Positions 24,331 to 37,606 of a DNA stretch of 57,819 nt are shown in pieces. How positions within the stretch are numbered: the stretch's first letter is position 1; every line of letters begins with the position of its first letter. The position numbers and the translations under genes were made by a program. The stretch covers positions 16,706,564 through 16,764,382 of the forward strand of contig NC_057749.1 of NCBI RefSeq assembly GCF_004010195.1, read 5' to 3'. The DNA is from Chiloscyllium plagiosum. Lineage: Eukaryota. Below the pieces are notes generated by a model. That model saw only the letters and a list, made by a program, of their open reading frames with translations. It was not told the origin of the DNA and searched no databases.

Positions 24331-27300
24331 CTGACTGTCTTGCACTATAACATATTTCTTAATCAAAATTGCATGGGTGTGGAGGGTGGGTTGATGGGGA
24401 GCATGGACCTAACAAGGGAGTCCCACACCTCCGCCCATGAACTCCAGCCCTCCAACCGCAACAAAGAGAGAAGCCCTCCCCAATCCTCACCTTCCATCCC
24501 ACTAATCTCCGGTTACAGCACATTATCCTCTGCCTTTTCCGCCACTTACAATCCGACCCCACCAATGATAAATTTATCTCCCCTCCTGTGTTCCACGGAA
24601 ATCATTCTCTCCACAACTCCTTCATTAGGTCCATACCTTTCACCAACCCACCGTCCATACTTGGCACCTTCTGGCTGAGACTTTCCTGCACATCCATCCA
24701 CCCACCTGATCTATTGTGTCCATTGCTCTTGATGTGGACTGCTCTACATTGGAGAAACAGGAAGCCACCTCAGTGTTACAGTGAACGTATCTGGGACACA
24801 CGCACCAAACAACCCCACCACCTTGTGACCGGCCACTTCAACGCCCCCCCACTCCCATTCCCCCAAGAACGTGAAAGTCCTGGGCCTCCATCGCCATATC
24901 CAAGCCACCCGACAAATGGAGGAAGAATGCCTCATCTTCCAATTGGGATCCTTCAACCACACGACATCAACATCGACTTCATCAGTTTCCTCATCTCCCC
25001 TCCCCCAGCTCATCCCAGATCCAACTCTTCAACTCTGCTCTGCCTTCTTGACCTTTCTATCTACCTTCCCAACTATCCACACTCCACATCGATCTATTAC
25101 TTGCATCCATCTATGGCCTTCCCAGCAGCCCGACACCCACCCCCTTCCCCCTCCACATTCGTGATGAAGGGCTTGTACCCGATACGTTGACTCTCCTACT
25201 GCTCGGGTGCAGTTTGAACTGCTCTGCTTTTCCGGTGCCACACTTTTCAACTCTGACTCTCCAACATCTGCAGTCCTCACTTTCTTCATAAATTATTCGG
25301 AGTTGAACAAACATAATCCAACAGAGAAAGGCCGACATTGTTTGCAAAAGCTGAAAATTCAGAGAGATTACAGGAAGAGAACTGACCTGCTGGAAGGTGT
25401 ACTAATTAATTTTAATATCTTTGTTAGTGAAACTTTGGCAGTTGGGATGCCTAGCTAGCAGAAAGTTAGCCTTTCATAAAGGGAGTTTCAATGCTAGGAA
25501 AATAACTTCTTTGGGTAGCTGAATAGCAAGAGCAAAGAGATAAGCTGAAGGTGCTCCAGACTCCTGAAATATCCAACATTTAAATAACACCAACTTAACA
25601 GGCAGTGCTGTCTTTAAAACTTATTTAACTACAGGATTCAGCATAGCTAATTTCACAGATTATTTGCTGTTGTTTTGGCTTTGAATCAACATAAACAGCA
25701 TTAAATATAATATAAAGAGCACGAGAGTTTCAAATGCTTTCAAAACACTTTAGATATAATTTTAAATGTGTAATTTTTTTGGGTTAGGTGATAAACACCA
25801 AGTTGGATGTTTGCAACATGAAAATATTGTATCGCATGCAAGCACCTCCAAACAAAGTTACTGCAATATCTATGGATACTCATTTATCAACAGAGAGAAC
25901 AGTGGGACGTTCCAATGAATCTAACTTTCTGACGCTGGGATGAGTACTTGTGCACAAATTTAATTTTACTGGTTAGGAGTGGTGTGCGGCAGACAGGATA
26001 AATATCATCTGCTAAATCTTATAACTAAAGCAGATCAAAGACAAATATCCAAAATACATTTATTGAACTAATGTGGAATAAACCAATAAAAATATAAATT
26101 TTCAAACTCCTTATGGACAGCACAAACTACAGATATAGGCTGATCATACAATGCATAACTGAGCAGTGAAGGATTTTTAAATTTCACAATCATGCTGACA
26201 TTTGCTTTTCCAAACATTTCTTTGCTCAAAGATATGATTTTTAAAACTGTCACATTTTTTGTGAAACCTTGCTGTGCATGCAAGAGTGGCTATATTTGAC
26301 TACTATATGTAGTCAGAAACATTAATTAAAACAACAGTGGGTAACTAAGTTTTCCCAAATACCTCTAGGAATTTCTCTTGTACAGCAAAGGTTCTTTAAC
26401 AAAAAAAATGTAACAATAATACTGGATTTCGACTGCAATTCTAACTAAACTGCCATACTGTACTCATGTCAATTGTCTCTAGCCTTCCTTTCCCCTGAAG
26501 CTGCAATTATGTTACCACCTAGTCACTAGACTTCACCTCTGCTCCACATTCACTGGTGCTCAGCATTATCATCGACTTTGGTCCATCAGCAAAGTTTCTC
26601 AATTTAATAAATAAATTTACAGGTGTTGAATAACGTACAGCTGCCATATCCTTTTATAGTTCACAGGGAATGTGCACTTCAACTATTTGTCTAACAATTC
26701 TTTCAATTGAAAGAAGGATTTCATGCAAGCACAAGGCCTTTTGATGAAAATAATTCACCCAGCACATGCAACGGTTAACTTCGTCTCAATGGGTTATTTG
26801 AAAACTGATAGCTTTGGAAAACTTATTGCATTTTCCCCAATTTACTTCATTTTTTTTAAAGTACACTTTATGTGACAGCAAATTAGTGAAATATCTTTGC
26901 TGAAGGTCATCAATAGATTTATTGATGAATCCTAAAGTACTTTGGGGTTAGGTATGTGAACTCTGGTGAATACCTCTAAACTGCTAGAAAAGCTGTTGAA
27001 TTAGACTGCTCTTATTAAAAGCATACCAAGATCCAGAATAAAAACACACACAAGGGTTTAGGGATCATTCTTTGTGCAAAATACAAACTTGATAAAATTC
27101 CTCTAAGGAGGTTGTAAATTTTTTACGACATCAACATATTGGCACAACTGAGAATCACAAACTGAATGACAAAGGTTCAGTAAAGCAAATATTTAATCAA
27201 AAAACAAACCATAAATTGAAATAGACTTGCACGGATGATCATAAGACAACTATAAAAAAGCTTATGCTGATAATTCTGCATTCATCTAGTTTTTTTTAAA

Positions 27301-27489
27301 ATGAAGGATGCCAAATTAAACTTGGACAATTAGTGGAATAATTAACATGCTTCTGGCTAATGTGGGTCTTCCCTCTATTCAGAGGAACCCTATTTAAAAC
27401 AATTAAGAACTGGATAACTTTCACGTCTGATTCCATGTTAACTGATCAAATAGAGAACCAACAAGCCACACTAACTAGAAGTGTCTCAA

Positions 27490-27730
27490 TCAACGAAGCA
27501 TCTTCCAAGTTGTGACCACTACCATCTATAAAAGGACAAATTTGAAGACTCATGGAACTACCACCAACTGCAAGTTTCTCTCCAATCTACATATTATCCT
27601 GGCTTGAAACTAGAATACCATTCCACCGTCACTGGAGGAACCTGTTACAAACTTGAACTGTGGCCCTCTCAAAGACAACGGGGAAGGGCAAGAACTAATA
27701 ACCTTATTATTGACATTCACATCCATGAAA
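27490..27730 (+). mobile_element. Old L2/CR1-group LINE 3' fragment
   Basis: accactaccatcta...catggaactaccaccaactgcaagtt resembles the reverse complement of 20940-21010. Confidence 0.45.
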
Positions 27731-29166
27731 TAATCTTTTATTTCCAAATGCTGTTAAATTAAGGTGTATCAAAGAGAATATAACTTGCTGTTTATATAAA
27801 AGCGTAAAGCTAGAAATACAATTCAAAGAACGTTAGCTACTGTGCAATCCTTTCCCCACTTTGATATAATCCTAACAGGGAAAAAAAACAATGCTCTGTT
27901 ACACTCAGAAGATCAATACATCTAGCTCAACTACTTCTCGGTTTCTACATTTTAAAAAAGATAATTTATTCAAAGACCATCTTCTGTGGTGCTGCTTATA
28001 GTTTGTCAGAAGGCACAATTATTTATTGGTTTTGCACAGCAATGTATGCAATGAAAGTCTCCTTGCAGAGATCGTGATGTAACTAAGTTTGTCCTAATGA
28101 ATGACCAACTGTGTAGAGTCCACCATGCAGAGTAGAATATCTGTAGCAGGAGAGAAACATACAAGAATGGGATAAGGTCTGATCCTCGAATACATAGGCA
28201 ATTCTACAGGGTGGCTCCTACATAGAAACATGTGGCAAATAATGCAGAAAAATCTGGGTGACTGAAGAAATTGAGAGTTTGATTAAGAAAAAGGAGGAAG
28301 CATATAGATAGGATAGATCGAGTGAATCCCTAGAAGAGTATAAAGGAAGTAGGAGTATACTTAAGAGGGAAATCAGGTGGACAAAAAGGGGACATGAGAT
28401 AGCTTTGGCAAATAGAATTAAGGAGAATCCTTAATTTTTACAAATATATTAAGGACAAAAGGGTAACTAGGGAGAGAATAGGGCCCCTCAAAGATCAGCA
28501 AGGCAGCCTTTGTGTGGAGCCACAGAAAATGGGGAGATACTAAATGAATATTTTGCATCAGTATTTACTGTGGACAAGGATATGGAAGATATAGACTGTA
28601 GGGAAATAGATGGTGACATCTTGCAAAATGCCCAGATTACAGAGGAGGAAGTGCTGGATGCCTTGAAACGGGTAAATGTGGATAAATCCCCAGGACCTGA
28701 TCAAGTGTACCCTAGAACTCTGTGGAAAGCTAGAGAAGTGATTGTTGGGCCTCTTGCTGAGATATTTGTATCATTGACAGTCACAGCTGAGGTGCTGGAA
28801 AACTGGAGGTTGGCTAATTTGGTGCCACTCCTTAAGAAGGGAATTAAGGACAAGCTAGAGAACGATAGACCAGTGAGCCTGACGTCGGTGGTTGGCAAGT
28901 TGTTGGAGGGAATCCTGAGGGACAGGATGTATATGTATTTGGAAAAGCAAGGACTGATTAGGGATAGTCAACATGGCTTTGTGTTCGGGAAATCATGTCT
29001 CACAAACTTGATTGAGTTTTTTGAGGAAGAAAGAGGATTGATGAGGACAGAGCAATAGATGTGATCTATATGGACTTCAGGAAGGCATTTGACAAGGTTC
29101 CCCATGGGAGACTGATTACCAAGGTTACTCTCACTGAATACAGGGAGAACTAACCATTTGGATATA

Positions 29167-29930
29167 GGATTAGAATGGTGCTAAAAAAGTACAGCAGTTC
29201 AGGCAGCATCAGAGCAGGAAAATCGACGTTTTGGGCAAAAGCCCTTCATGAGAAATAGAGGCAGAGTGCCTGCAGGGTGGAGAGTTAAAAGAGAAGAGGG
29301 TGGGGGATAATATCATTTATTGTATCCGTTGCTCCCGATGCGGTCTCCTCGACATTGGGGAGACTGAATGCCTCCGAGCAGAGTGCTTTAGGGAACATCT
29401 CTGGGACACCCAAACCAATCAACCACACCGCCTTTCGACTCCCCCTCCCACTCTGCTGAGGACATGGAGGTCCTGGGTGTCCTTCACCACCGCTCCCTCA
29501 CCACCTGACACCTGGAGGAAGAACGCCTCATCTTCCGCCTCGGAACACTTCAACCCCAGGGCATCAATGTGGACTTCACCAGTTTCCTCATTTCCCCTTC
29601 CCCCACCTCACCCCAGTTCCAAACTTCCTACTCAGCACCGTCCCCATGACTTGCCTATCTTCCTTTCCACCCATCCACTCCACCCTCCTCTCTTTACCTA
29701 TCACCTCCATCCCCACCCCCATTCATCTATTGTACTCTATGCTACTTTCTCCCCACCCGCCTCTCATTTATCTCTCCACCCTGCAGGCACTCTGCCTCTA
29801 TTCCTGATGAAGGACTTTTGCCTGAAATGTCGATTTTCCTGCTCCTCAGATGCTGCCTGAACTGCTGTGCTTTTCCAGCACCACTCTAACCCAGAATCTA
29901 GTTTCCAGCATCTGCAGTCCTTGTTTTTAC
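29167..29930 (+). mobile_element. Penelope-like element: inverted pLTR + GIY-YIG endonuclease + pLTR
   Basis: NIIYCIRCSRCGLL.IGET...FREHL is a GIY-YIG motif. Inverted pLTR at 29167-~29306, sense pLTR to 29930. CCATTTGGATA duplication at 29154-29164 and 29931-29941. Confidence 0.9.
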
Positions 29931-30558
29931 CCATTTGGATACAGAACTGGCTCAAAGGTAGAAGACAGAGGGTGGTGGTGGAGGGTTGTTTTTTTTAGAC
30001 TGGAAGCTTGCGACCAGTGGAGTGCCACAAGGATCGGTGCTGGGTCCTCTACTTTTTGTCATTTACATAAATGATTTGGATGCGAGCATAAGAGGTACAG
30101 TTAGTAAGATTGCAGATGACACCAAAATTGGAGGTGTAGTGGACAGCAAAGAAGGTTACCTCAGATTATAACAGGATTTTGACCAGATGGGCCAATGGAC
30201 TGAGAAGTGGCAGATGGATTTTAATTCAGATAAATGCGAGGTGCTGCATTTTGGGAAAGCAAATCTTAGCAGGACTTATACACTTAATGGTAAGGTCCTA
30301 GGGAGTGTTGCTGAACAAAGAGACCTTGGAGTGCAGGTTCATAGCTCCTTGAAAGTGGAGTCGCAGGTAGATAGGATAGTGAAGGCGGCGTTTGGTATGC
30401 TTTCCTTTATTGGTCAGAGTATTGAGTACAGGAGCTGGGAGGTTGCGGCTGTACAGGACATTGGTTAGGCCACTGTTGGAATATTGCGTGCAATACTGGT
30501 CTAATTCCTATCGGAAAGATGTTGTGAAACTTGAAAGAGTTCAGAAAAGACTTACAAG

Positions 30559-30883
30559 ACTTAGCTCCATGTCCTCAGCAGAGTGGGAGAGGGAGTTGAA
30601 ATGTTGGGCCACAAGGCGGTGTCGTTGATTGGTTTGGGTGTCCCAGAGATGTTCCCTAAAGCACTCTGCTCGGAGGCATTCAGTCTCCCCAATGTAGAGG
30701 AGACTGCATCGGGAGCAACAGATACAGTAAATGATATTATCCCCCACCCTCTTCTCTTTTAACTCTCCACCCTGCAGGCATTCTGCCTCCATTTCTGATG
30801 AAGGGCTTTTGCCCGAAACGTCGATTCTCCTGTTCCTTGGATGCTGCTGGACCTGCTGTGCTTTTCCAGCAACACATTTTCAG
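30559..30883. mobile_element. Penelope-derived insertion: antisense GIY-YIG piece + sense pLTR with intact hammerhead core
   Basis: Minus strand reads NIIYCICCSRCSLLYIGETECLRAECFREHL. CTGATGAagggcttttgcccGAAACGTC at 30795-30822. CTTACAAG duplication at 30551-30558 and 30884-30891. Confidence 0.85.
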
Positions 30884-32254
30884 CTTACAAGGATGTTGCC
30901 AGGGTTGGAGGATGTGAGCTGGAAGGAGAGGCTGAACAGGCTGGGATGTTTTCCCTGGAGCGTCGGAGGCTGAGGGGTGACCTTAAAGAGGTTTTACAAA
31001 ATTATCAGGGGCATGGATAGGATAAATAGACAAAGTCTTTTCCCTGGGGTCGGGGAGTCCTGAACTAGAGGGCACAGGTTTAGGGTGAGAGGGGAAAGAT
31101 ATAAAAGAGACCTAAGGGGCAACTTTTCACACAGAGGGTGGTACATGTATGGAATGAGCTGCCAAAGGATGTGGAGGCTGGTACAATTGTAACATTTAAG
31201 AGGCATTTGGATAGGAAATATGACTAGGAAGGGTTTGGAGGAATATGGGCCAGGTGCTGGCAGGTGGGATTGGGTTGGGATATCTGATTGGCAAGGACAG
31301 GTTGGACCGAAGGGTCTGTTTCCATGTTGTACATCTCTATGACTCTACAATCATTTAGCTCATCCTCCTCAATAAGATCAATAACAAATGTGAGAGTAAA
31401 TTCAGTTAATAGCAAAGTAACCTTTAAACATTTGTCCTTATTTGTATGATACATACTATCAAGTCAGCTACTTAATGAGAATACAGTCTACTTTAGTTTA
31501 AATTAACACTGAAGTCTTATGAACTTTATTCATATTGAAAGATAATTTACAGTTACAGTTCCATCAAAACAAACCATATAAAGAGATAGTCACTTTGATT
31601 TCTTTAAACTAAAAGAAGCTTGTGAAATTCAGACTAAATATCCACCTGAATAGGAACAACCATCAGCAATATAGCTCATTTTTAGATTCAACCTGTCAAA
31701 CTGAAGTTATCACTGGAGAATATTTTATTGAATTGAACAGTAAAAGTAAAATGCTGGTGGTGTGTGCCTGGCCGTGGCAATGGCTTAACAATTTAAGGTG
31801 ATCCCTCAATAGTATGAAATAAAACATGTACAGCACAACATTAACGCATACTTTCTCATGACTTCATGACGTTTCTCATTTCACACGGAATCAATGTGAA
31901 TGATTTGTTTAGGAAGTGAACTAAAAAACCATTCATTTGACATTTCCACACATAACTGTTATACCATGCAAATTAGCAAAGTTAAATTATTTCCTTGGTG
32001 TTTGAAGATTTATCATCTCGAAGTAAAACGCAAAGAATTCTACTCATGTGCTGAACTTTAGCTAACACCCACCACTCATCCCACCTCACCTAATCTCAGA
32101 AAATTAGGTTAAGCCCTAAAAATGGATGTCACATATGTTTTGACAACTCAAAATTAGTTCTTCAAGACAGTCAAGGACTAGAGGGAACTTGGAAGTTTAT
32201 GGTCAAATGTTTACTTTCATTAGGGGAAAAAAACCTTCTGAAAAATCCATTCTG

Positions 32255-32571
32255 GACTGAAGATAGATAGAGGTTAGGGGGAGTCCGGAACTAGAGGGCA
32301 TAGGTATAAGGTGAGAGGAGAAAAATTTAAAAGGGACCTGAGGGGCAACATTTTCATGCAGATGGTGGTGTGTATGGAATGAGCTGCCATAAGAACTGGT
32401 AGACTGGTACATGCACATTTAAAAGACATTTGGATAGGTTTATGAATAGGAAGGGTTTAGAGGGATATAGGCCAAGTGCCAGCAAATGGGACTAGATTAG
32501 ATTAGGATATCTGGTTGGCATGGACAAGTTGGACCGAAGGGTCTATTTGCATGCTGTACTTCTCTATGACT
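32255..32571 (+). mobile_element. CR1-clade LINE 3' fragment
   Basis: gaactagagggcatagg...tggaatgagctgcc...ggaccgaagggtct...ctctatgact. Confidence 0.85.
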
Positions 32572-32608
32572 AAAAAATTCATGTAAGCACATTGTACAAA
32601 ATAGTTCA

Positions 32609-32959
32609 GTATATGTAAGCTAGCTTGCTGAGCTTGAAGGTTTGGTTTCAAATGTTTCGTCACCATATTAGGTAACAAAATTCTTAGAGGCATGGCATTC
32701 TAACCAGTACTCATCAATAAATACATCGATTTAGATCCTATTTACCTTCCCTTGGAAAAAAAAAACAGAAATGACATCACCCACCTTAAGAAACCAAGAC
32801 GTTTAAAGAGAGAGGTGAGAGATACCACCAGCGCTTCACTGGAGACTCTCACTGATGTTACCTATTATGCTGATGAAATGTCTGAAAACAAACCTTCAAG
32901 CTCAGCAAGCTAACTTACCTACTTATCAACTTGAGCTACAAATCTTCTCAAAAATTGTG
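32609..32959 (+). mobile_element. Short Penelope-like element of another family (inverted pLTR arm + endonuclease C-terminus + pLTR)
   Basis: ~65-bp inverted repeats (32614-32677 vs 32856-32918). Internal FLEAWHSNQ.S/INKYIDLDPIYLPL. Decayed hammerhead (cactgatg..ttacc....gaaatgtctga). AATAGTTCA duplication at 32600-32608 and 32960-32968. Confidence 0.7.
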
Positions 32960-33549
32960 AATAGTTCAATGTGTCAAATGTTTACTTATTCAAAAAACTG
33001 TCTAGACATGCAAGTTGCTTGAAACAAATTAGCATAGATAAGTAAATTGAATACATTGCCCTACTGCTGAATTTTTATATTAAAAGTTCCAGTTTCTCCA
33101 GAAGCTCTGTTCAAGTGGACAATCTGTACTGTGGATCAAACAGCTTCACTATGTCAAACATTAGCTATCTTTAATATATATATGTCTCCACTTACAATGC
33201 TTTATTCAACCAGTTTCTTTATAAATGGCAACAAAACTAGCACCCCATCACTTCTAATCTAGGTTTAGGAGAATACATCAATTAAATCTGGCTCAACAAT
33301 AATATGCTCAAGTGATTGAGAAACTTGTAGATTCAACTCCACCCAGCAATTTCAAAAGTGATATGGCAATAGAAATGTTAGGCGGAAAATATCTTTTTCT
33401 GAAGAGGCAAACGTTCTCTTCAATACTTGTTCTTGAAACAAAGCAGATTAACTGGTTTGTCAGACAGGTTTGTCAAATTTGCTTCAAGCAAATAGACTCT
33501 CAAGGGCAATAATTGCTGGCCTTGTTAGTTACATTCACATCTTTTTTAA

Positions 33550-34060
33550 AAATATTTGTTCAAAGGATGTGGTTGTGACAAACTAGACCAGAGATGATCC
33601 AATCTCCAAGTGCCCTCAATTAGTTAGTGACTAACTTCATTCTCAAATATTGCAGATCAGGGATATAGACATCACTGTGCTGTTATTGATTAAAATCAGA
33701 GGTTTCTTGCTGACAATGAAGAAATAACAGTTCAAGTAAAGATGGTTTGTGGGTTGAAGGCAACTTGCACATGGCGCATCTGAAGACCTTATACTTCTCG
33801 TACACAGAGGTCATAGGTTTGGAAGGTGGTATCAGAGAAGCACTGGTTGTGTTGCTGCAGTGGATCTTGGTGATGGTACACACTGCTGCCGGTGAATGCA
33901 GGAGAAAGTGAATGTTGAAGATACTGGATGGGGTGCCAATCAAGCAGGCTGCGTTGCCTTGGTTGGGATTGATCTTAACTGTTGAAGGTGCACTCACTCA
34001 GGCAAATGAAGAGTCTTGCATCATACTCCTCACTTTGAAGGTAAAGAATGGGTTTTGGGG
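33550..34060 (-). mobile_element. Old L2/CR1-group LINE 3' fragment
   Basis: ggtcataggtttggaagg...gtgccaatcaagcaggctgc parallels 21000-21190. Confidence 0.6.
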
Positions 34061-34611
34061 AAATCACTAGATGAGAAATGAAATATATTAAATAAACATG
34101 AGTAACTACATTTCCAAAATAAAAAAGTATTTCACATCTGTTAAATTAGAAGACAAAGGCATCTAAGAAAGAGAGGGAACTGGTCACATGGCTATTCCAG
34201 CTTGTTCCAAAGCCATTCAGCAGACAGATACTGAGGATGTGAAAAAGTGCTACGTAAACAAAAATTCCTTTTTCTCTCCACCATAGCACTACTTTCACAT
34301 CCACCTCAGCAGGTGGCATAAACTAAATTCCACTTTAGTCCTTTGATACAAAATGAAGCAACTCAAGCTTTAAAAGTGAGTACCATCAATTGCTAAATAA
34401 TTGGATTCATCAACATGGGGAGCTGCTGCATTACTTGCTCAATCTGAGAAAAAACAAGCCACTCCACAATAAAACTGAAATCAAGGGTCTCAGTCCTGGG
34501 AGTTTAAAACAAATCCAGATTTTAATAACCTTAACAGATCTATATTGATAGCTTACAATGCAACAAAATAAATGGAGCTATTTGAAACAAGTCACTCAAG
34601 CTAAACTGTAC

Positions 34612-34975
34612 AAGAATGAGGGGTGATCTAATTGAGACATATAGGAATCTGAACATTCTTGACAGAGTAAAATGTTACCCCTCATGGGTGAGTCTCGGAC
34701 CAGTGGGTGGAGTCTCAGAAAAAAGGGGTGCCAATCTGAGATTGATATGAGGAAGAATTTCAGAAGGTGGGGTCTTTGAAACTCTTTGCTACAGCTGTGG
34801 GGGCAGAGTTCTTGCGCATATTTAAGGCAAAGATAGTTTCTTGATCAGTAGAGGAATGAAAGATTATGGGAAGGGACAGAAAAGTGATTCTGAGGAATGT
34901 CGGATCAGCCATGACCCTACTGAATTGCAGAGGAGGCTTGAATGGCCCACACACATTCCTATATCTTATGGTCTT
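34612..34975 (+). mobile_element. Diverged CR1-clade LINE 3' fragment
   Basis: agaatgaggggtgatctaattgagacatat...ggatcagccatga...ttcctatatcttatggtctta. Confidence 0.65.
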
Positions 34976-35714
34976 AAGTTTCAAAGAGGGAACCTATAAA
35001 ACATAAGGACATCATAAGGGACAGATAATGAACCAGATCTCCCCATGGAACTTCAAATACTGCTTTCACACAAACTTTAATGAAGCAAGGGTCAACATTT
35101 TAATTGATAAGTGCTCATGCATGCATCGTTGAAATAGTGGTATACAACTAAACTAAGTGACACAAAACATAAATTTCAAGTTGAAGTAACTTGTAACATG
35201 AAAAAAGTGGAAGATTTCTTGGACACAAATCATGCCATCGCAAGAACCTGTTGAAAGCTTACTCTCTTCTTTGCCTACTCTGTTCCTGTGGAGTACCTTA
35301 CAAAGAAAACCACATGTTCAAATGAAGGGCCATCATCAACCTGAAATTTTAACTGTTTCGCACCACAAATGCTACATGACTTGTTTATTGTATTTTCTGT
35401 TTTTTATTTCAGATTACAGCATCTGAAGAATTTTGCATCCGTAACAAAAAGCCCATGATTAGAGATCTCTGGGTTAATGGAATAGACTGAATTTTGCAAT
35501 TGTTAGAAGACATCCTAAAATTAAATGAAAATCGTAAAAAGGATGTGTGGCCTGGTTGAAAAAAATGTTCTGAAAGCACTTCCCTGAATTACAGGCTCAA
35601 ATGCTAGAATCTAATTCTAATCAAGTAGAGGTTAAAATTGCACACTTATTGGAATTGTGATCTGAGAAATCACTAAGTTTAAAAAACACACAAGTAAACA
35701 TTCACACATTATTA

Positions 35715-36205
35715 AACCGGAAAGCATTTGGAAAATATTTATCATGATGTTGCTGGGAATCAAGGGTTTGAGATATAAAAATAGATTGGACTGGGACTTT
35801 TTTCACTGGAGTGTAGGAGGCTGAGGGATAGCCTTAATGAGGTTTATAAAATCTGAGGTGCATAAACAAGGTGAATAACAAGGTGAATTACAAGCAGCTT
35901 TTCCCTAGGGTGGGGGAGTTCAAGACTAGGGGGCATATTTAAGGTGAGACAGAAAAGATTTAAAAAGGGGCCTTAAGAGCAACTTTTTCATGTAGAGTGA
36001 TTAACATGTGGAATGAACTGCCAGAGAAAGGGATGGATGCAGAACGTTTAATGTTTAAATCACATTTGGATAATTTCATGAATAGGAAAGGTTTTAGAAT
36101 GATGTGTCAAACGCAGGCAGATGGAACTAGTTCAGTTTGGGAACAGGGTCAGCGTGGACTGATTGGACCAAAGGGTGTTTCCATGCTGTATGACTCCATA
36201 TCCAT
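35715..36205 (+). mobile_element. CR1-clade LINE 3' fragment
   Basis: MWNELPEK...FKSHLD.FMNRKG. Tail ggaccaaagggtgtttccatgctgtatgactc. Confidence 0.8.
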
Positions 36206-37606
36206 GACAAGATCTACGGACTGGGCTTTTAAACTGCACTAAAGATCTGAAAAGAGAAGCAAAGTCAGCAAAATTCATCTCACCTTGGACATATAAAAAC
36301 AAATAAATAACACATTCAAAAGAGCAAATGTTACACTGATCAAACATTATCTGAGTTTTTGTCGAGTTAAGCAAGTCTTTTTGGTGTTTAAAACCATATA
36401 GGTCCCCACAAAGAAAATGTCAGTTGTCAGAGAAATGTCTATAAAATTAAACTGAGTAACAAATGCGCTGCAGCTTTAGAGGCAGAAGGATTGGATTCTA
36501 ATTCATTCTGATGAACAGTATTAAAAGTCAAATGTTCTAAAATAAATGGCTGATTTACCATTTATCAGTTCAGGTAATTGACTTCAATTTAACCAAGTTT
36601 TACGGCACTGAAATGGCTAGTTATACAGCACCTCAGTCTCCAACATTTATGAATTTCAATATGATGAACTCAAACTACTGCCGCAGTCTGTCTTTCTGCC
36701 ATTACCAACTCTGAGGTTTCATACTTGTGCTTAATTCCATTGGCTAAACATGTATTTTTGACCCTCAGAAAATATGACCTTCTTTAACAGAATTTATGTT
36801 GAGTGATATTTTCAATCTAGCTTTAGAAGATAGTTGCATGTTGACAAGATATTTAACAGTGTGATACAGTTTTCTTTATTCATTGGCAAGCTTGTAATTT
36901 CTGGCCCTTAGCCCAGCCAAGTAAATGAATTGATGTCCAAAGAATCTCCCTTTACTGTAGAAGGTGAGGTGCAAGATTTATATTTGAAGTCAATTTTAAA
37001 CAATATACAATACAAGACCAAATACCCATTTAAAATATTTGTTTGTACTTTTAAACTGGATTGTAAGGAAGTGTTCACTTGAATTTCCCTCAAGGAAAAA
37101 AGCAATTCTGATTTTATTATGAAGCCTTACTTGCATAGTACAAACACATCTATTTCGTAGTTTAAAATTTAGCAGTGTCTTAATTCAGGAAGACTGCTAC
37201 ATTTCACACCAGGACACATTTTCACAATATCTTACAGTTCAGAAATACTTTATAGAAACAACACCTTCACAGTAAATGGCATACAATGGAGTGTAATGGA
37301 GTGTAGGACAGCATGCGAGAAGCAATAGAAGTCATACCTAAGGAGGACACAGCAACCTGCTAAACTACCAAACAGCATTAGCAGCAAGTGGAAACACCAA
37401 CCTGGAATTCCCTCCTTAATAGCATTGTTGGTCAACTCACAGCAGGTGGACTGCAGTGGTTCAAGGCAGCAGCTTACCATCTTAATAGGCAACCAGGAAT
37501 GGGCAATAAGTGCTGGTCAGACAATGACACCTATATGCCACTAAAAAAAAAGTTAAAAGCAGCAAAGAAATCCCACAACCCAATGATCAGATTTGATTTA
37601 TGATCA

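Larger units (their letters stand above)
20599..25285 (+). mobile_element. Penelope-like element (inverted left arm + RT C-terminus/GIY-YIG + pLTR) carrying nested insertions
   Basis: Inverted pLTR at 20601-20728 resumes at ~23505-24003. Sense body at ~24400-25285 (LLYIGET..., ..RQMEEECLIFQLGSF.., pLTR). 12-bp TSD TCATAAATTATT at 20587-20598 and 25286-25297. Confidence 0.75.
28267..31347 (+). mobile_element. CR1-clade LINE (HER1-like) ORF2 RT region + 3' UTR, with two PLE insertions
   Basis: EILNEYFASVFT...DKSPGPDQVYPRTL...RPVSLTSVVGKLLE...[39 protein letters not shown]...ADDTKIGG. Ends tctctatgactcta. Frameshifted. Confidence 0.95.

Noticed and set aside
28510..30628. RT-like ORFs as host genes
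   Set aside because: Frameshifted CR1 ORF2 fragments interrupted by PLE insertions. The same applies to the CR1 ORF at 44922-45596 and the L2/CR1-group ORF at 21262-21711.
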